A stretch of DNA of 45,431 bases, the filler included, from Catajapyx aquilonaris (Eukaryota), in NCBI GenBank assembly GCA_000934665.2. It is 2 parts of 2 records of this genome, joined end to end, with 100 filler letters (N's around TTAATTAATTAA, not from the genome) between each part and the next. Parts side by side here need not be neighbours in the genome. Positions count along the whole stretch, not along the records: positions 22,830 to 45,431 come from JYFJ02005840.1; 1 more part is not named here. One strand, given 5' to 3'. Under the pieces are notes generated by a model. The model was given only the letters and a program-made list of their open reading frames with translations, was not told where the DNA came from and made no database searches. Shown here in pieces: positions 35,690-45,431 of the stretch. Within the stretch, counting starts at the first letter, position 1. Every line of letters starts with the position of its first letter. Made by a program: the position numbers and the translations under genes.

Positions 35690-36100
35690 CAATCGAGTCA
35701 CGGAGCCGTATATCAACAAAATATTTATTTCATGGCTCCTTTCACTTCCGCCGCTGTTAACTTGCCGAATTGGTATTAATTATAGTGTTTTTCAAAGTGG
35801 AACTCCAAGGGACAACAGGTTCGGTAGTTTAGTGATTAATTGAGTTAAAATTCAATTTAACCGAGTAGGGGGAAGGATCTACGTGGTTATTCCACCTTGG
35901 CTCAACGCATCTATTGCATGCATTACTTGGTCATGCAGATCGGCAATCACTCCGAAATTGATTTCAAAGGCCCGGAACATTGTGTCCGTATCTGCAATCG
36001 CAAATACCTGAGTTCAAACTCGACTTATTTGTTCACTGTTTTCCTGGGATAATTGTATCATGATGGTTGTCATAATATGCATTGTTTCTAAGAGATTTAA
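35690..36100 (-). pseudogene. F/Env-like fragment (mid F1)
   Basis: VMHAIDALSQGGITT*ILPPTRLN*ILTQLITKLP fits the G.I...I.PP..L...L..I...LP motif. Confidence 0.75.
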
Positions 36101-36550
36101 TAGGGTTCGTTTTCTTTCGTTTTTCCCGCCATTTGTTCAATTATTATTGTCACCTGTTCTTCTCTAATATGTAACGTACCCTTTTGTGTGTTCACCAAGT
36201 GTCCAATTCAATTGTTCAGTGATCTTCGACGTCTTTTTCAGCAGATAAGCCAAGGGAGAACCTCGATGTTGTGTTTACAAAAATTTTAATTTTTAATCCG
36301 CTCTTTTTTCTCCACTCTTCCATTAAAGTGAACGTATCTTTCAACTCATTAAACTTTCGTCTTAACCCTCTGGTTTCATTCATTATTCAGCTCTTTTCGC
36401 TTCGAATAGAAAATCTACTCTTCCGAACCCAAGCTTAGCCATGCGTTAATCCCGTTTTTCTAAGTTATCACATGTAATTTTTAGAATTTATGTAGCTCTC
36501 TTCAGAAGGTGTTGATGAGCTTCCGGATTAAACGATTATCCAAGAAAATG

Positions 36551-36905
36551 AGTGAACAAATAAGTCGAGTTCTCAACTCAGATGTTCGCCATTGCAAATA
36601 CGGTCACATTGTTCAGAGCTTTTGAAATCAATTCAGGAGTCATCCCTGATTGGTGATTAAAAAGTGGTGTAAGCCATAGCCTACATGTGAGGTGTCAAGG
36701 CGAAATGTTCACTATTTTTCCGCCTACGCAGCCGACTGAAAATTTAACTAAACTTATCACAAAATTACCTATAATCAATTGTCTTTTGCAGTACCTTTAA
36801 AAAAAATACCTCGTCTCCTATTATTACCAGTCTGGTAAGCTAACGGCGGGAGCAGTGGTGAAAGGAGCTATGAGGGTTTCTGTTGATGTATCGCCCCGTA
36901 ACTGA
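36551..36905 (+). pseudogene. Inverted, diverged homologue of the 35690-36037 F/Env fragment
   Basis: AGTGAACAAATAAGTCGAGTT...TTTGAAATCAATT...GTGAAAGGAGC shared; TQMFAIANTVTLFRAFEINSGV vs TQVFAIADTDTMFRAFEINFGV. Confidence 0.8.
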
Positions 36906-37392
36906 ACCCCTCGATGTGGGCGCCTGTTCGTGGTGAGGGGACCACCCTACTGGGCATTCCTTCGTGTTTCTCTGGTAGGGTCCTGAACGCCCACCCGCAA
37001 TTGAAATATTTATTTCGCCGACTTTTGCGGTGTTGTTATTGGCTATTTGGCGGAGGAGAATATATTGTTGATGTTCTCTTTCGTGGGCGTTGAGTTGGCT
37101 TATTATCTGTCGCTTGCTATTAGCGAGATGGTTTTGTCAGTTGACGTATTTCATTGTTGTTTTGATGGTTTATCTTTATTCAATAATTGAAGTAATTGAA
37201 AGTCACTAATTATTTATTAGTGACTTTGTAACATGAACTCTTACTGCGATTAGTCTTTAGTGTCTTTATTATTTTTCCTCTGTAGTGCATGAGGGACTTG
37301 GATGTTGATTATTACGGTGTTTGTTGGTGGGGGTTTCTTTTATGAGGTGCCGGGGGGCTAGGGCCTATTGGCGGGGTCGACCCTTGAAGTTC

Positions 37393-38041
37393 CTATGTAA
37401 GTGCAAGTGTTTGAGATATGGGGCTAGAGAGAGACTTGTGACTGGCCATGATCTCTGGAGCGACTTTGTCATGTGCAATCATCCAGTTGATGACAATGCT
37501 CTCAATTTTAGGATGCACCCCTTTCGATGCTCTCTGGTAGTTTGCGAAAGACCGAGTTTGATGCCTCGCGATTGCAAATTCAGCCGTGATATAGATATGT
37601 TGTTTCTGTTGAGGCATTGGGTTTCGCTTTTGGGATGAAGCAATTTCACGTAGCATCTGTCGGTGGCAGGCTTGGTCATGAGGTATTTCCACGCTTCCGT
37701 CATGAGCTCCACTTCCTCTCTGAGATGAAGAATGAGGAGGATCTCAGGAAAAGTTATGTATAGATACTGGTCGATGACCAAGATATGCAACATTTCCGAT
37801 CCGTGGAGCACAGTGCAGACGGTGTTGAGCCCATGGGTCATTTGGCGCTGACGGTTCTGATAATGATGTACATCAGTTCTCGTCGAAGAATGTAATTGGC
37901 GGACATGAAGTTTGTTGGCGGAATCCATCCCTGGTATACCAGGGACCCTTTCCAGCAATTCTCTCTCTCCACTACTCCGAGGGTGACTGCAAATGTGTCG
38001 ATCCTTGACTGTACCCACTGATCGTACCTTCGGGCATTCAC
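37393..38041 (-). pseudogene. Endogenous viral element: chuvirus (Jingchuvirales)-type nucleoprotein, C-terminal portion with two frameshifts
   Basis: YDQWVQSRIDTFAVTLG...W...FMSANYILRREL / EMLHILVIDQYLYITFPEILL..LR....MTEAWKYL...DRCYVKLL.PK..T..LNRNN / A.FAIA....SFANY. Confidence 0.8.
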
Positions 38042-38123
38042 ATTTTAAACTAAGGTCAGGAGAATAAAATAGCGGACTTGGATGTTCTATGATTTATGGT
38101 CTTGTTCCACTTCTTGATTGCTT

Positions 38124-38400
38124 TTAACACCCAGTCAGGCTCCTCCCCAGGGTGCTCACCAGACTCGGCCAACGTTGGTCGCTCTCGGTCTGGAACTCCA
38201 GATGTAGGCCGTCCCTATTCGTCATCAGGCTGATCCACATCCTTACACTTCCCCAGAATTTAAACCGGATGTCTACTGTTGCTTTGGTTCCCTGCTCTCT
38301 AACTTTGATGGTTAAAGTTGAGCCTTCCAGTTGGATGTCTGGGCTGAAACAGAAGACTTCCAGCACCAGGTCCTCTCGCCGCCAGTGACTACGTTTGATT
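38124..38400 (-). CDS. p23/CS domain-like ORF, copy 3
   Basis: HWRREDLVLEVFCFSPDIQLEGSTLTIKV...VDIRFKFWGSVRMWISLMTNRDGLHLEFQTESDQRWPSLV. Confidence 0.55.
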
Positions 38401-39089
38401 GGTCCAAAGTGACCGCCTATCTAGTGAAACAACATGTATGTTTTATTCTCCTTGTAGTATACATGCGCACCGTATATTGAAAGCTTTATTTACAGAAGAA
38501 ACGAGAAAAATTAAGAGCGAGAGAAACTTAACGTTTTCATATTACTTTATCTAAACAATGTAACAACTTAACTCACTTAACCAAAACAAAACACCACAAA
38601 ATAATGTTACATGAGAAATACCAATAGTCTACCTTCATCTCAAACAACAACACGTTGAGGCAGCCTCGCCCTAGACAATACAGTCTGGATCTCACCCGTC
38701 CGATTACGACATTGGAAGTGACTGAATTCGACGGCCCCCCCAGCGTCTCCAGCCTCTTCCATTGAGAGTGGTCCTTCCTGCAGTCCTATCGTGGTCTCAG
38801 GCTTCGCTATTTCCGCTTCAGATTTTTTCGGCTCTTCTTCCCTTAGTGTTGGTTGCTGGCCTTCTGGTGTCTCCCACATTCTTGGCTTGTTGTCCGTGGT
38901 AGATCCTCCTCCTGTCTCCAGCTTCCTCCACGTTGGGTATAATTCTTTCCTTAACAGCGGTTGACGTCCTTTTTCGTTTTGTCAGTGGCATTCTCCTATC
39001 TCAACGGCTTCAGACATCTGGAAGGTGGTTTCTTCTCACCTCCAGTTCGGTCTTCAGATATTATTCTTTCTAGACGGATCGTGGCTGAT

Positions 39090-39300
39090 TTTTGAAATAC
39101 GTCATCCAATTCGTGCCCTTGTACTATCGCAGCATGTGCAAGCCTGAAGCTCATGCTGAGTGAATGCAAGCTTAATAATCAACGTCGTTCCAGTCTTGCT
39201 GTGCCGGCTTGGCATGATAGTGGTCAAAGTTTGTTTTGGAACACACTGAGCGTATTAACTAAATGTCTAATGGACATCGTAATGATGGATCGAGTAGTAG
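39090..39300 (-). pseudogene. F/Env-like fragment homologous to 32250-32400
   Basis: Shared GCAGCATG.GCAAGCCT..AGCTCATGCT.AGTGAATGCAAGCTTA block and LSLHSLSMS.RLAHAA...ELDDVFQKS. Confidence 0.7.
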
Positions 39301-39399
39301 TATCTCTTCCTGGTCAACCTTGTCTGATATCCGATCACTTGAAAGCAATGCACATTTGCATGCTGGTTAGATATGCATGTTTCAAGAGAGAACAACATT

Positions 39400-39505
39400 C
39401 GGCTCTGGCAGGTTATCTCCGACGATGCCAGCCCATACGTTCATGGAGAATCAATGTTGATGGCGTGTAACTACGTATATAGGCATGTGGATTGTCGTGA
39501 TTGGG
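39400..39505 (-). pseudogene. Tc1/mariner (DUF4817-type) transposase fragment
   Basis: DNPHA...RHQH*FSMNVWAGIVGDNL. Confidence 0.75.
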
Positions 39506-41169
39506 GCCTGTAAATATCGTCTGGATGTACAATATCCACCACATTTTTTCTCGTATTAATTATAAAGGGCTCCCTTGATTGAATTTACTGATATCGCATT
39601 TACAACGCCCTATTCAAATAACACAATTTTTTCCATGTCCATTGGTCCAATCAAAATTCTCTGTGTATGCTGTAGCCATTTTGGTCGTTTTTGTTATTGT
39701 CGAGTTTCTGAGTGGGGTAGGAGTTGATCTCCAGCAGTCTTCTTAGCTGCCTTACAACTGCTGCCTTCCGGTTGGGATCGTCCCTTTGGGCAGCAAGCTC
39801 ATGTTGTATGTATATGAACTGTGTAATATCTATAGACCTAAGAGGAGCACCTAACTTGATGTCCTGACATCCAGGCATCAGGCAAGGTTTCCTGCCGAAT
39901 GATGGTCTGCTCGTCTTAGTGTATGGTAACATCTGACAGTAATATTTGCATCATGTTGCTGACAAGTATTTCGTTAACCCAGTCTTCATACAAGTTGGAA
40001 TGGTGGGCGGGTGGAGGCTGAGCAGGTTGTGAGTCTGGACAGGTGTTTGTCGTATGAGTCATCATGATCTCACCGCTGACACCCTCCCCTCTTGGTCGTT
40101 CCATTGGTCTGCTAAGTCGCCTCGGATGGGGATGACCCGCTCTAGCGGTTCTTCGGCTCCCTGTTGGTCAAAGGAAGAAATTTGTCCATACACCCGCGTC
40201 GCAGCATGTCCAACAAGACAGCTATGAATGAGCATTCACTCACTTTTTCGTCCTGTTTTGACCGGACTGTATGTACCATTGGAAGGAACATGCGCACTGG
40301 TTCTTCTATTGCCCCTACGTTACACATGTCAAGGGAAGATAGTACATCAAGTCCGTTCGAGGCGAAAAAGGTTCACCATCATTAAGCACGAAAAAATACA
40401 ACAGCTCACCTTCAACTCGACTAGGTCTGCTGATAATTATCTTGATCATTATGTTAAGTACAGATCAGATTGTCAAATGCGCAAGGGTCATCAGCACCGA
40501 TTTCGAAGGGAGCTTCTAGTTCAGTGATTAGATTTTCACCTCTAGCGGACTGATGCAACCTCTTAGAGCGCTTTAAAGTAATGGGGGAAATTGTGTACAA
40601 CCCATCTATTATTAAACATTGACACTATAGGATAGTACAGCCCCTTCTGTTATTAAAGACATTTATATATCAAGAATATATCAATAAATTTAACCCCAGG
40701 TTTGTACTGTATTAACCATTGGTACACCCTGTCCTCCTGTGGTTCTGCTTCTGTCGCACTTGCGAGTACGGGAGGGTTCGGACGAGACAATGTGCTTAGG
40801 CTTGATTGAAACTATCAATGGTTAACATGACCAAGACAATGCTTTAATGACGACAACTCTATACAACAACGATATTAAGTTCTCATGAGTATAACATTAA
40901 TAAAGACCCTTTTCATCACAGGGGGGAATAGTCGCCATAATTACCTATTCAGTACTCCGTAGGGTGATGTCTCCTTTGTGGTTCTGGGTCACTCACTTAC
41001 TCACTGACTCTCCTGGCATTAGAAGAGTCCAGCATTTATATACTGATCAATGAGCTGACCTCAGCTAGCTGTTGTTTTCTTTATTACTAGCTGAGGGGCT
41101 CTTACACATGTTTTGAGCTGTTACGGATGTCTCAATATCTGATAAGGAGTGCTTACTGGTGGTGAGTCA

Positions 41170-41672
41170 GGCTGACATATATTGTGCTGATTCAGCGATG
41201 GCAACAATATTGCATTGCTCCAGTAGAAGTGGTGTTAGGGCACAGATGTGTTTAAAGGTACAAGAATGGTGTAGTGCATCAAGTAAAGGTGCAAGACACT
41301 TGTCAATATATACCTATCAAGTCAGTAGTGCGGAGAATGATGAAGGTTCCTGGATTTTTAGAGGCAATGAATAGTTTTAAGAGAAACAGATTGACAGACA
41401 CTGGGGAATTTTATACTGTTCATGGTTGTCGGTATTATAAAACGCACAGCATAATCCAAGGGAATGACCATGTTTACCTCTTAGAATTTTACATTGATGA
41501 TATTGAAACTGTTAACCCTCTCGGATCACATGCCGGCATCCATAAACTAGGGATGGTATACTTTACCTTCAAAGACTTACCACCACAGTTCAATTCGCAT
41601 CTGAGATATCATTTTATTGTTAACATACATTCTGCAGTTGATGTTGGAAGTATGGGTATGAGCCTATTTTGA
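41170..41672 (+). pseudogene. CMC/EnSpm-like DNA transposase fragment
   Basis: LEFYIDDIETVNPLGSHAGIHKLGMVYFTFKDLPPQFNSHL. Confidence 0.8.
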
Positions 41673-43063
41673 ACCCAATATGACCATTACTGTTGAGAAA
41701 ACGTTTACAACCCAGCCGAAAGTCTTGACAATGAATTAGTCTTCTTGTTGTCACCGGTCAGCGGCGCCATATATTCTGGGTCGAGTTGGACCTTCCCAGC
41801 CTTTGCTCTGTTCAGCTGGGCTTCCTTCCTTGGCTCTTCTCCTTGGCTGGATAATGTAGCTTCGGGTTAATTTATGGTGTGTCCCCACTTCCACTGCTTG
41901 AGGTCGCCTTCCTCTACCAGGCTGCCTCGTCCCTTCTGACGGTGGGCGTCTCAGCCCGATCTTCACAATATTCTGTTACACTTGACCTGGGATTGGCTCC
42001 AATGGTTTCTCAAAGAAGGACGATGGATCAGTAACAAAAGTTTATCAACAAAAAATAAAGCAATTACATACCCATGATGTTCACTGTTCACTCACTCCGA
42101 CGGACCAAAATAAAAAGATGCTGCTCTGGGGCGGTCACCCCCTTTTATACCCTCGGGTTGCGTACCAGGAAGTTAGGCACGTACGGCCAACGTCTCTGTT
42201 TTGGTGACAATGTCCTCACTGCCCACGTCACTGCTGACCATACATTTTATTATCTTAATAGTCAGGCAGCCTCCAGGTAAACATCCCCGAGTTCAAACCA
42301 TATCGAGGATTCCCTGCTGTATTGTCGTAACTCACTTGGGCAAAATTTTCCAGGGGAAACGATTGAATTATTACTCGGCATCAATATAATATATTGTGGC
42401 GTGAATGTATTCCTCTGCAACATCATAATATTATGTGCCCTTGGCAGTAAGTATGACAATGTATGTCAATTAGAAGCTGCAGAATTGGACACCATTTTTG
42501 TGGAGTTACGACATTTGGACTGCTACATGGTTTCCATATGGTGCATGCTATATTGTCGTATGTGCAAATGATGAGAGGAGAGCAAGTAAAAGTCATAGAC
42601 AAGACAGTAGTTGTAACCAGATGATGAATTCTTGGTTCGGTTGAAGTTAAGGTTTTGACTGCAGTATAATGTGTCTGCCTCGGAGTTGAACTTTTACTCT
42701 CACATGAATGTCATTATTCATTCACTCATTAAGGCATTATTTTTTCATTTACTAGAAGATTACTCATCATACTGATTGTACAACATACTGCACGTATCTG
42801 TCCATTTATATATTTCTTTTTTAAATTTCCGTTACCACACACTTACAAAACCATTTGAATAATAAATTATTGTTCTGAATAAGCTTGACATGATCTTTTA
42901 CCACTATAACCAAAGAACAGCCACAGCTAAAATATAAATACAAAACATTATTTCTCACAATAAAATTATTCAGCCAGTACTGTCATCAACTATGCGTATT
43001 TAACCCAAGATAGTTGACGTTAAAGTTTTCCATACCCAAACCTCCAGAAAAGATAAACACAAA

Positions 43064-43444
43064 TGTTCACAGTGTATAAACGGTTTATTATACGGATGCT
43101 ACACAGAGTCACAGGCAAGGGTTGCCTGTATAACACAATTATAAAAGGACAAGAATTTGGGGCTACTTACACAAGTGGGAGCTTCCTGTAGAGTCGTCCT
43201 GGAGAGAGAGACCAAGAGAGGCGGAGGACGCTTTATATAGGGCTCGTTTGCCCTTCAGAACAAGGAAATCCACGCGTGCAACCTTAGTTACGTAAAAGTT
43301 AAGATGGACGGTACATCCGATGTACCTGTAAATTTTAGTTGTAAAAAGGTGACCTCGGTCCGTCCTTGAACAATACTAGAAGAGTACTAACGCACGCGTG
43401 TGCAAATGGTACGTACAGAAACAAACATGGCGCCCTCCGTGACA
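43064..43444 (-). mobile_element. 3' LTR of an LTR retrotransposon, preceded by a polypurine tract
   Basis: Minus strand TGTCAC...GTGAACA; TATATAAA (43232-43239), AATAAA (43084-43089); GGAGAGGGAGG a few nt upstream (43450-43460); no TSD, so not a clean solo LTR. Confidence 0.65.
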
Positions 43445-43604
43445 AATCACCTCCCTCTCCGGAAGAAATTATGGCCAGCGCCATAATTTCTCCTTTTGCA
43501 CTCATGGAATTTTTTTAAAAAAATGACAGAGATTGACCATTTCAAAAAAATAAAGAAAAAAGAAAAAATGAATAATACAAAACATGACCGTGCGAGCAAT
43601 TTCA

Positions 43605-44201
43605 CTACGGCTGCTTCTTGGGATTCTGGACCTTCCACACCCTCCGCTGACCTGGCAGCCGTCTGGTCCCATAGGGATGCTCGTTATGGTCCCGGAATTG
43701 CTGCTGTTTTTGGGCCGACACAGGACCGGGACTCCGGGCTCGGGGGCTGGATCCGGGAAGAGCGGGCTCCGCAACCCGTGTGAGAACGACGGGGAGCACC
43801 CCTGTCGCTACCTCCTCCAAAGCTCCCAAGTCGGACAGGAAGCGGTCGTCGATGTCCTCCTCTAGACTGGAGCAACTGCTAACTGGTGACCACCCGGGTT
43901 GCGTGGTCCCCTCGGCCGGACCCTGGGTTATCACGGCGTCCACACCGCTGGCTGCCGTAAGGTCTGCGTGGCTGCCGGCGGGCGGTTCGGTGGCGTCCTG
44001 GGTGGTGGCTGGCAGTATACCTTGGCGCCAGGGCTGTACCTGGATCCTCGCTTCAGGGGGCAGCCACCTCCAGTCCGCTATCCAGTTGCCGGCTACCCTC
44101 ATCATCAGCATTCCGCCGTTGTACCCGTCAGGGGAGATCAGCACAGACCCATTGGTCACCGCGTGCCCAGCGAGTTGTAATGTGGTCGGGGGATTATACA
44201 T
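43605..44201 (-). CDS. Unknown GC-rich 198-aa ORF between the G fragment and the PPT/LTR (possible retroelement accessory ORF)
   Basis: Open frame in the ORF track; no recognised motif. Confidence 0.3.
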   Translation of the reverse strand: MYNPPTTLQLAGHAVTNGSVLISPDGYNGGMLMMRVAGNWIADWRWLPPEARIQVQPWRQGILPATTQDATEPPAGSHADLTAASGVDAVITQGPAEGTTQPGWSPVSSCSSLEEDIDDRFLSDLGALEEVATGVLPVVLTRVAEPALPGSSPRARSPGPVSAQKQQQFRDHNEHPYGTRRLPGQRRVWKVQNPKKQP

Positions 44202-44347
44202 CTACCACGGCTGGCGGCGGCACAATGTACGTCATCAAGGGCCCCTGCTCAGACGTCCTCACACTCGGCTGGATCCCCTGAGCTACGGTAACTGCTGGTT
44301 GCATCCGGTTGGAGACCGGCCCATGCAGCGGAGGGGCTGCCGCTCGC

Positions 44348-44614
44348 TGGTATGATTCTCTCGGAGTGTTGAGAGGTATAGGCTCCGAAGAAGTATCGGG
44401 TGGAGGTGCAGCTGGTTAACCGGCAACGCACGACATGGGCTGGTATTCCCTGGGACCTCAAGTCCGGTGCAAAAATGTCCAGTCTCAGCGACATGAGAGG
44501 AGTTGATTCACAGGCGATCGGGGGTGGTGACGGAATCAGGACGGGTGTTGAGTGGAAGTTGCACAGGGAGGACACAAGGCGCAGGAGGGACGCCAGGAGC
44601 AAGGGGTGTCTCAT
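44348..44614 (-). pseudogene. Endogenous viral element: 5' part of a mononegavirus class III glycoprotein G
   Basis: Signal peptide MRHPLLLASLLRLVSSLC; HVVRCRLTSCTSTRYFFGAYTSQHSERII fusion-loop-1 pattern; starts just after a viral gene junction. Confidence 0.7.
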
Positions 44615-44638
44615 GGTTGGTTTGCTCTCTTTGAGAGT

Positions 44639-44656
44639 CGCTTAGTTTTTTTGATA
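44639..44656 (-). promoter_or_regulatory. Mononegavirus gene junction (gene end / intergenic / gene start)
   Basis: TATC-AAAAAAA-CT-AAGCG between a stop codon (44671) and the G ATG (44614); VSV consensus is TATG-A7-CT-AACAG. Confidence 0.8.
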
Positions 44657-44670
44657 GGGAAACTCAACAA

Positions 44671-45130
44671 CTACATAAGTTTCTCCGGAGCTCTAGGAGC
44701 GGGCTGGTCTAAAACATGGATCTCTCGAACAAAAACGACTTCTACTTTAAGCCCCATAAAGGCTGCTCGAGGGAGGCCGCTCACTTCCGTTCCACTGAAC
44801 ATCCAATACCCGTTCTGAGGCGGGTTCGGATAGGTCCTGTCGGGAGTCACTGTCATGATCAGATCTCCCAGCCACAGAAACTTGATGTTTGATCCATCGA
44901 AGTGCAGTCCGGATTCGTTGTCCTCCAGGCTCCCGATAGGAAACCGCATGTCATGAGCTACCATTTCTCCGTTGGTGTGGGTCACTTCCACTCGAACAAG
45001 CAGATACACCTTCATGTCATGCAAATGCCTCCAGGGAAGGCTGGTCCGGAGGAAACACTTGAGGGGGTGGACGGTACACTCAATATTAATATCTTCCCAT
45101 TTTCTTTTCAACAACTTCTGATTTGAAATG
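44671..45130 (-). CDS. Putative viral matrix (M)-position ORF upstream of G
   Basis: Uninterrupted ~150-codon frame ending 14 nt before the gene-end signal; assignment by gene order only. Confidence 0.5.
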
Positions 45131-45133
45131 GCA

Positions 45134-45335
45134 TCACAACATGTGTTGGAAATGGCCACCATTATCGGCCAGGCAGGTCTCAACACGGCACGACATATTT
45201 TGGAATCTTCTGGCCAGCATAATTATTATCTTGCGGTACTGCCTGAATTTCCTGGACAGTTGTTGTCCTTCAAGGCCTGGATGGACCGTTGATTGTTGCG
45301 GTACACTCTTCCTTTCAGAAAGCCCCATAAGAAGT
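45134..45335 (-). pseudogene. Tc1/mariner (DUF4817-type) transposase C-terminus
   Basis: FLWGFLKGRVYRNN..SIQALKDN / MLARRFQNMSCRVETCLADNGGHFQHML*. Confidence 0.85.
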
Positions 45336-45431
45336 GTGACGCCAGGTTGGCGATGCACATGGCTGTGGGAGTGACCAGTTGCAATTGGTACACTCCGACC
45401 CAGTTCGGGCTTCCGCTGGCCACAGCCAGTA

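Noticed and set aside
42180..42700. Cys-rich minus-strand frames resembling a glycoprotein N-terminus
   Set aside because: Many stops and no diagnostic motif

Overview
Eukaryotic genomic DNA, most likely from an insect (TTAGG-type repeats, orthopteran/termite-like SINEs; inferred, not proven). It has two distinct halves. Positions 1-26 kb carry a minus-strand intron-containing gene whose recognisable exons encode the C-terminal W2 region of a divergent BZW/Krasavietz (5MP/eIF5C) paralogue. Its introns are packed with MITEs, foldback elements, Helitrons, SINEs and LINE/Tc1-mariner fragments, and a CRE/YY1-motif promoter lies near 20.3-20.6 kb. Positions ~26.4-45.4 kb are a dense mosaic of degraded viral and transposon fragments, almost all coding on the minus strand: two clear and one possible mononegavirus (rhabdovirus-like) class III glycoprotein pieces, a putative matrix gene still joined to G by an intact gene-end/gene-start junction, a chuvirus-type nucleoprotein, five baculovirus-F/errantivirus-Env-like fragments, three divergent p23/CS-domain-like ORFs that each sit downstream of an F/Env fragment, a PPT+LTR, and LINE and DNA-transposon remnants. 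This organisation resembles a uni-strand, flamenco-like piRNA cluster archiving endogenous viral elements. All family calls come from manual motif recognition; no database searches were run.
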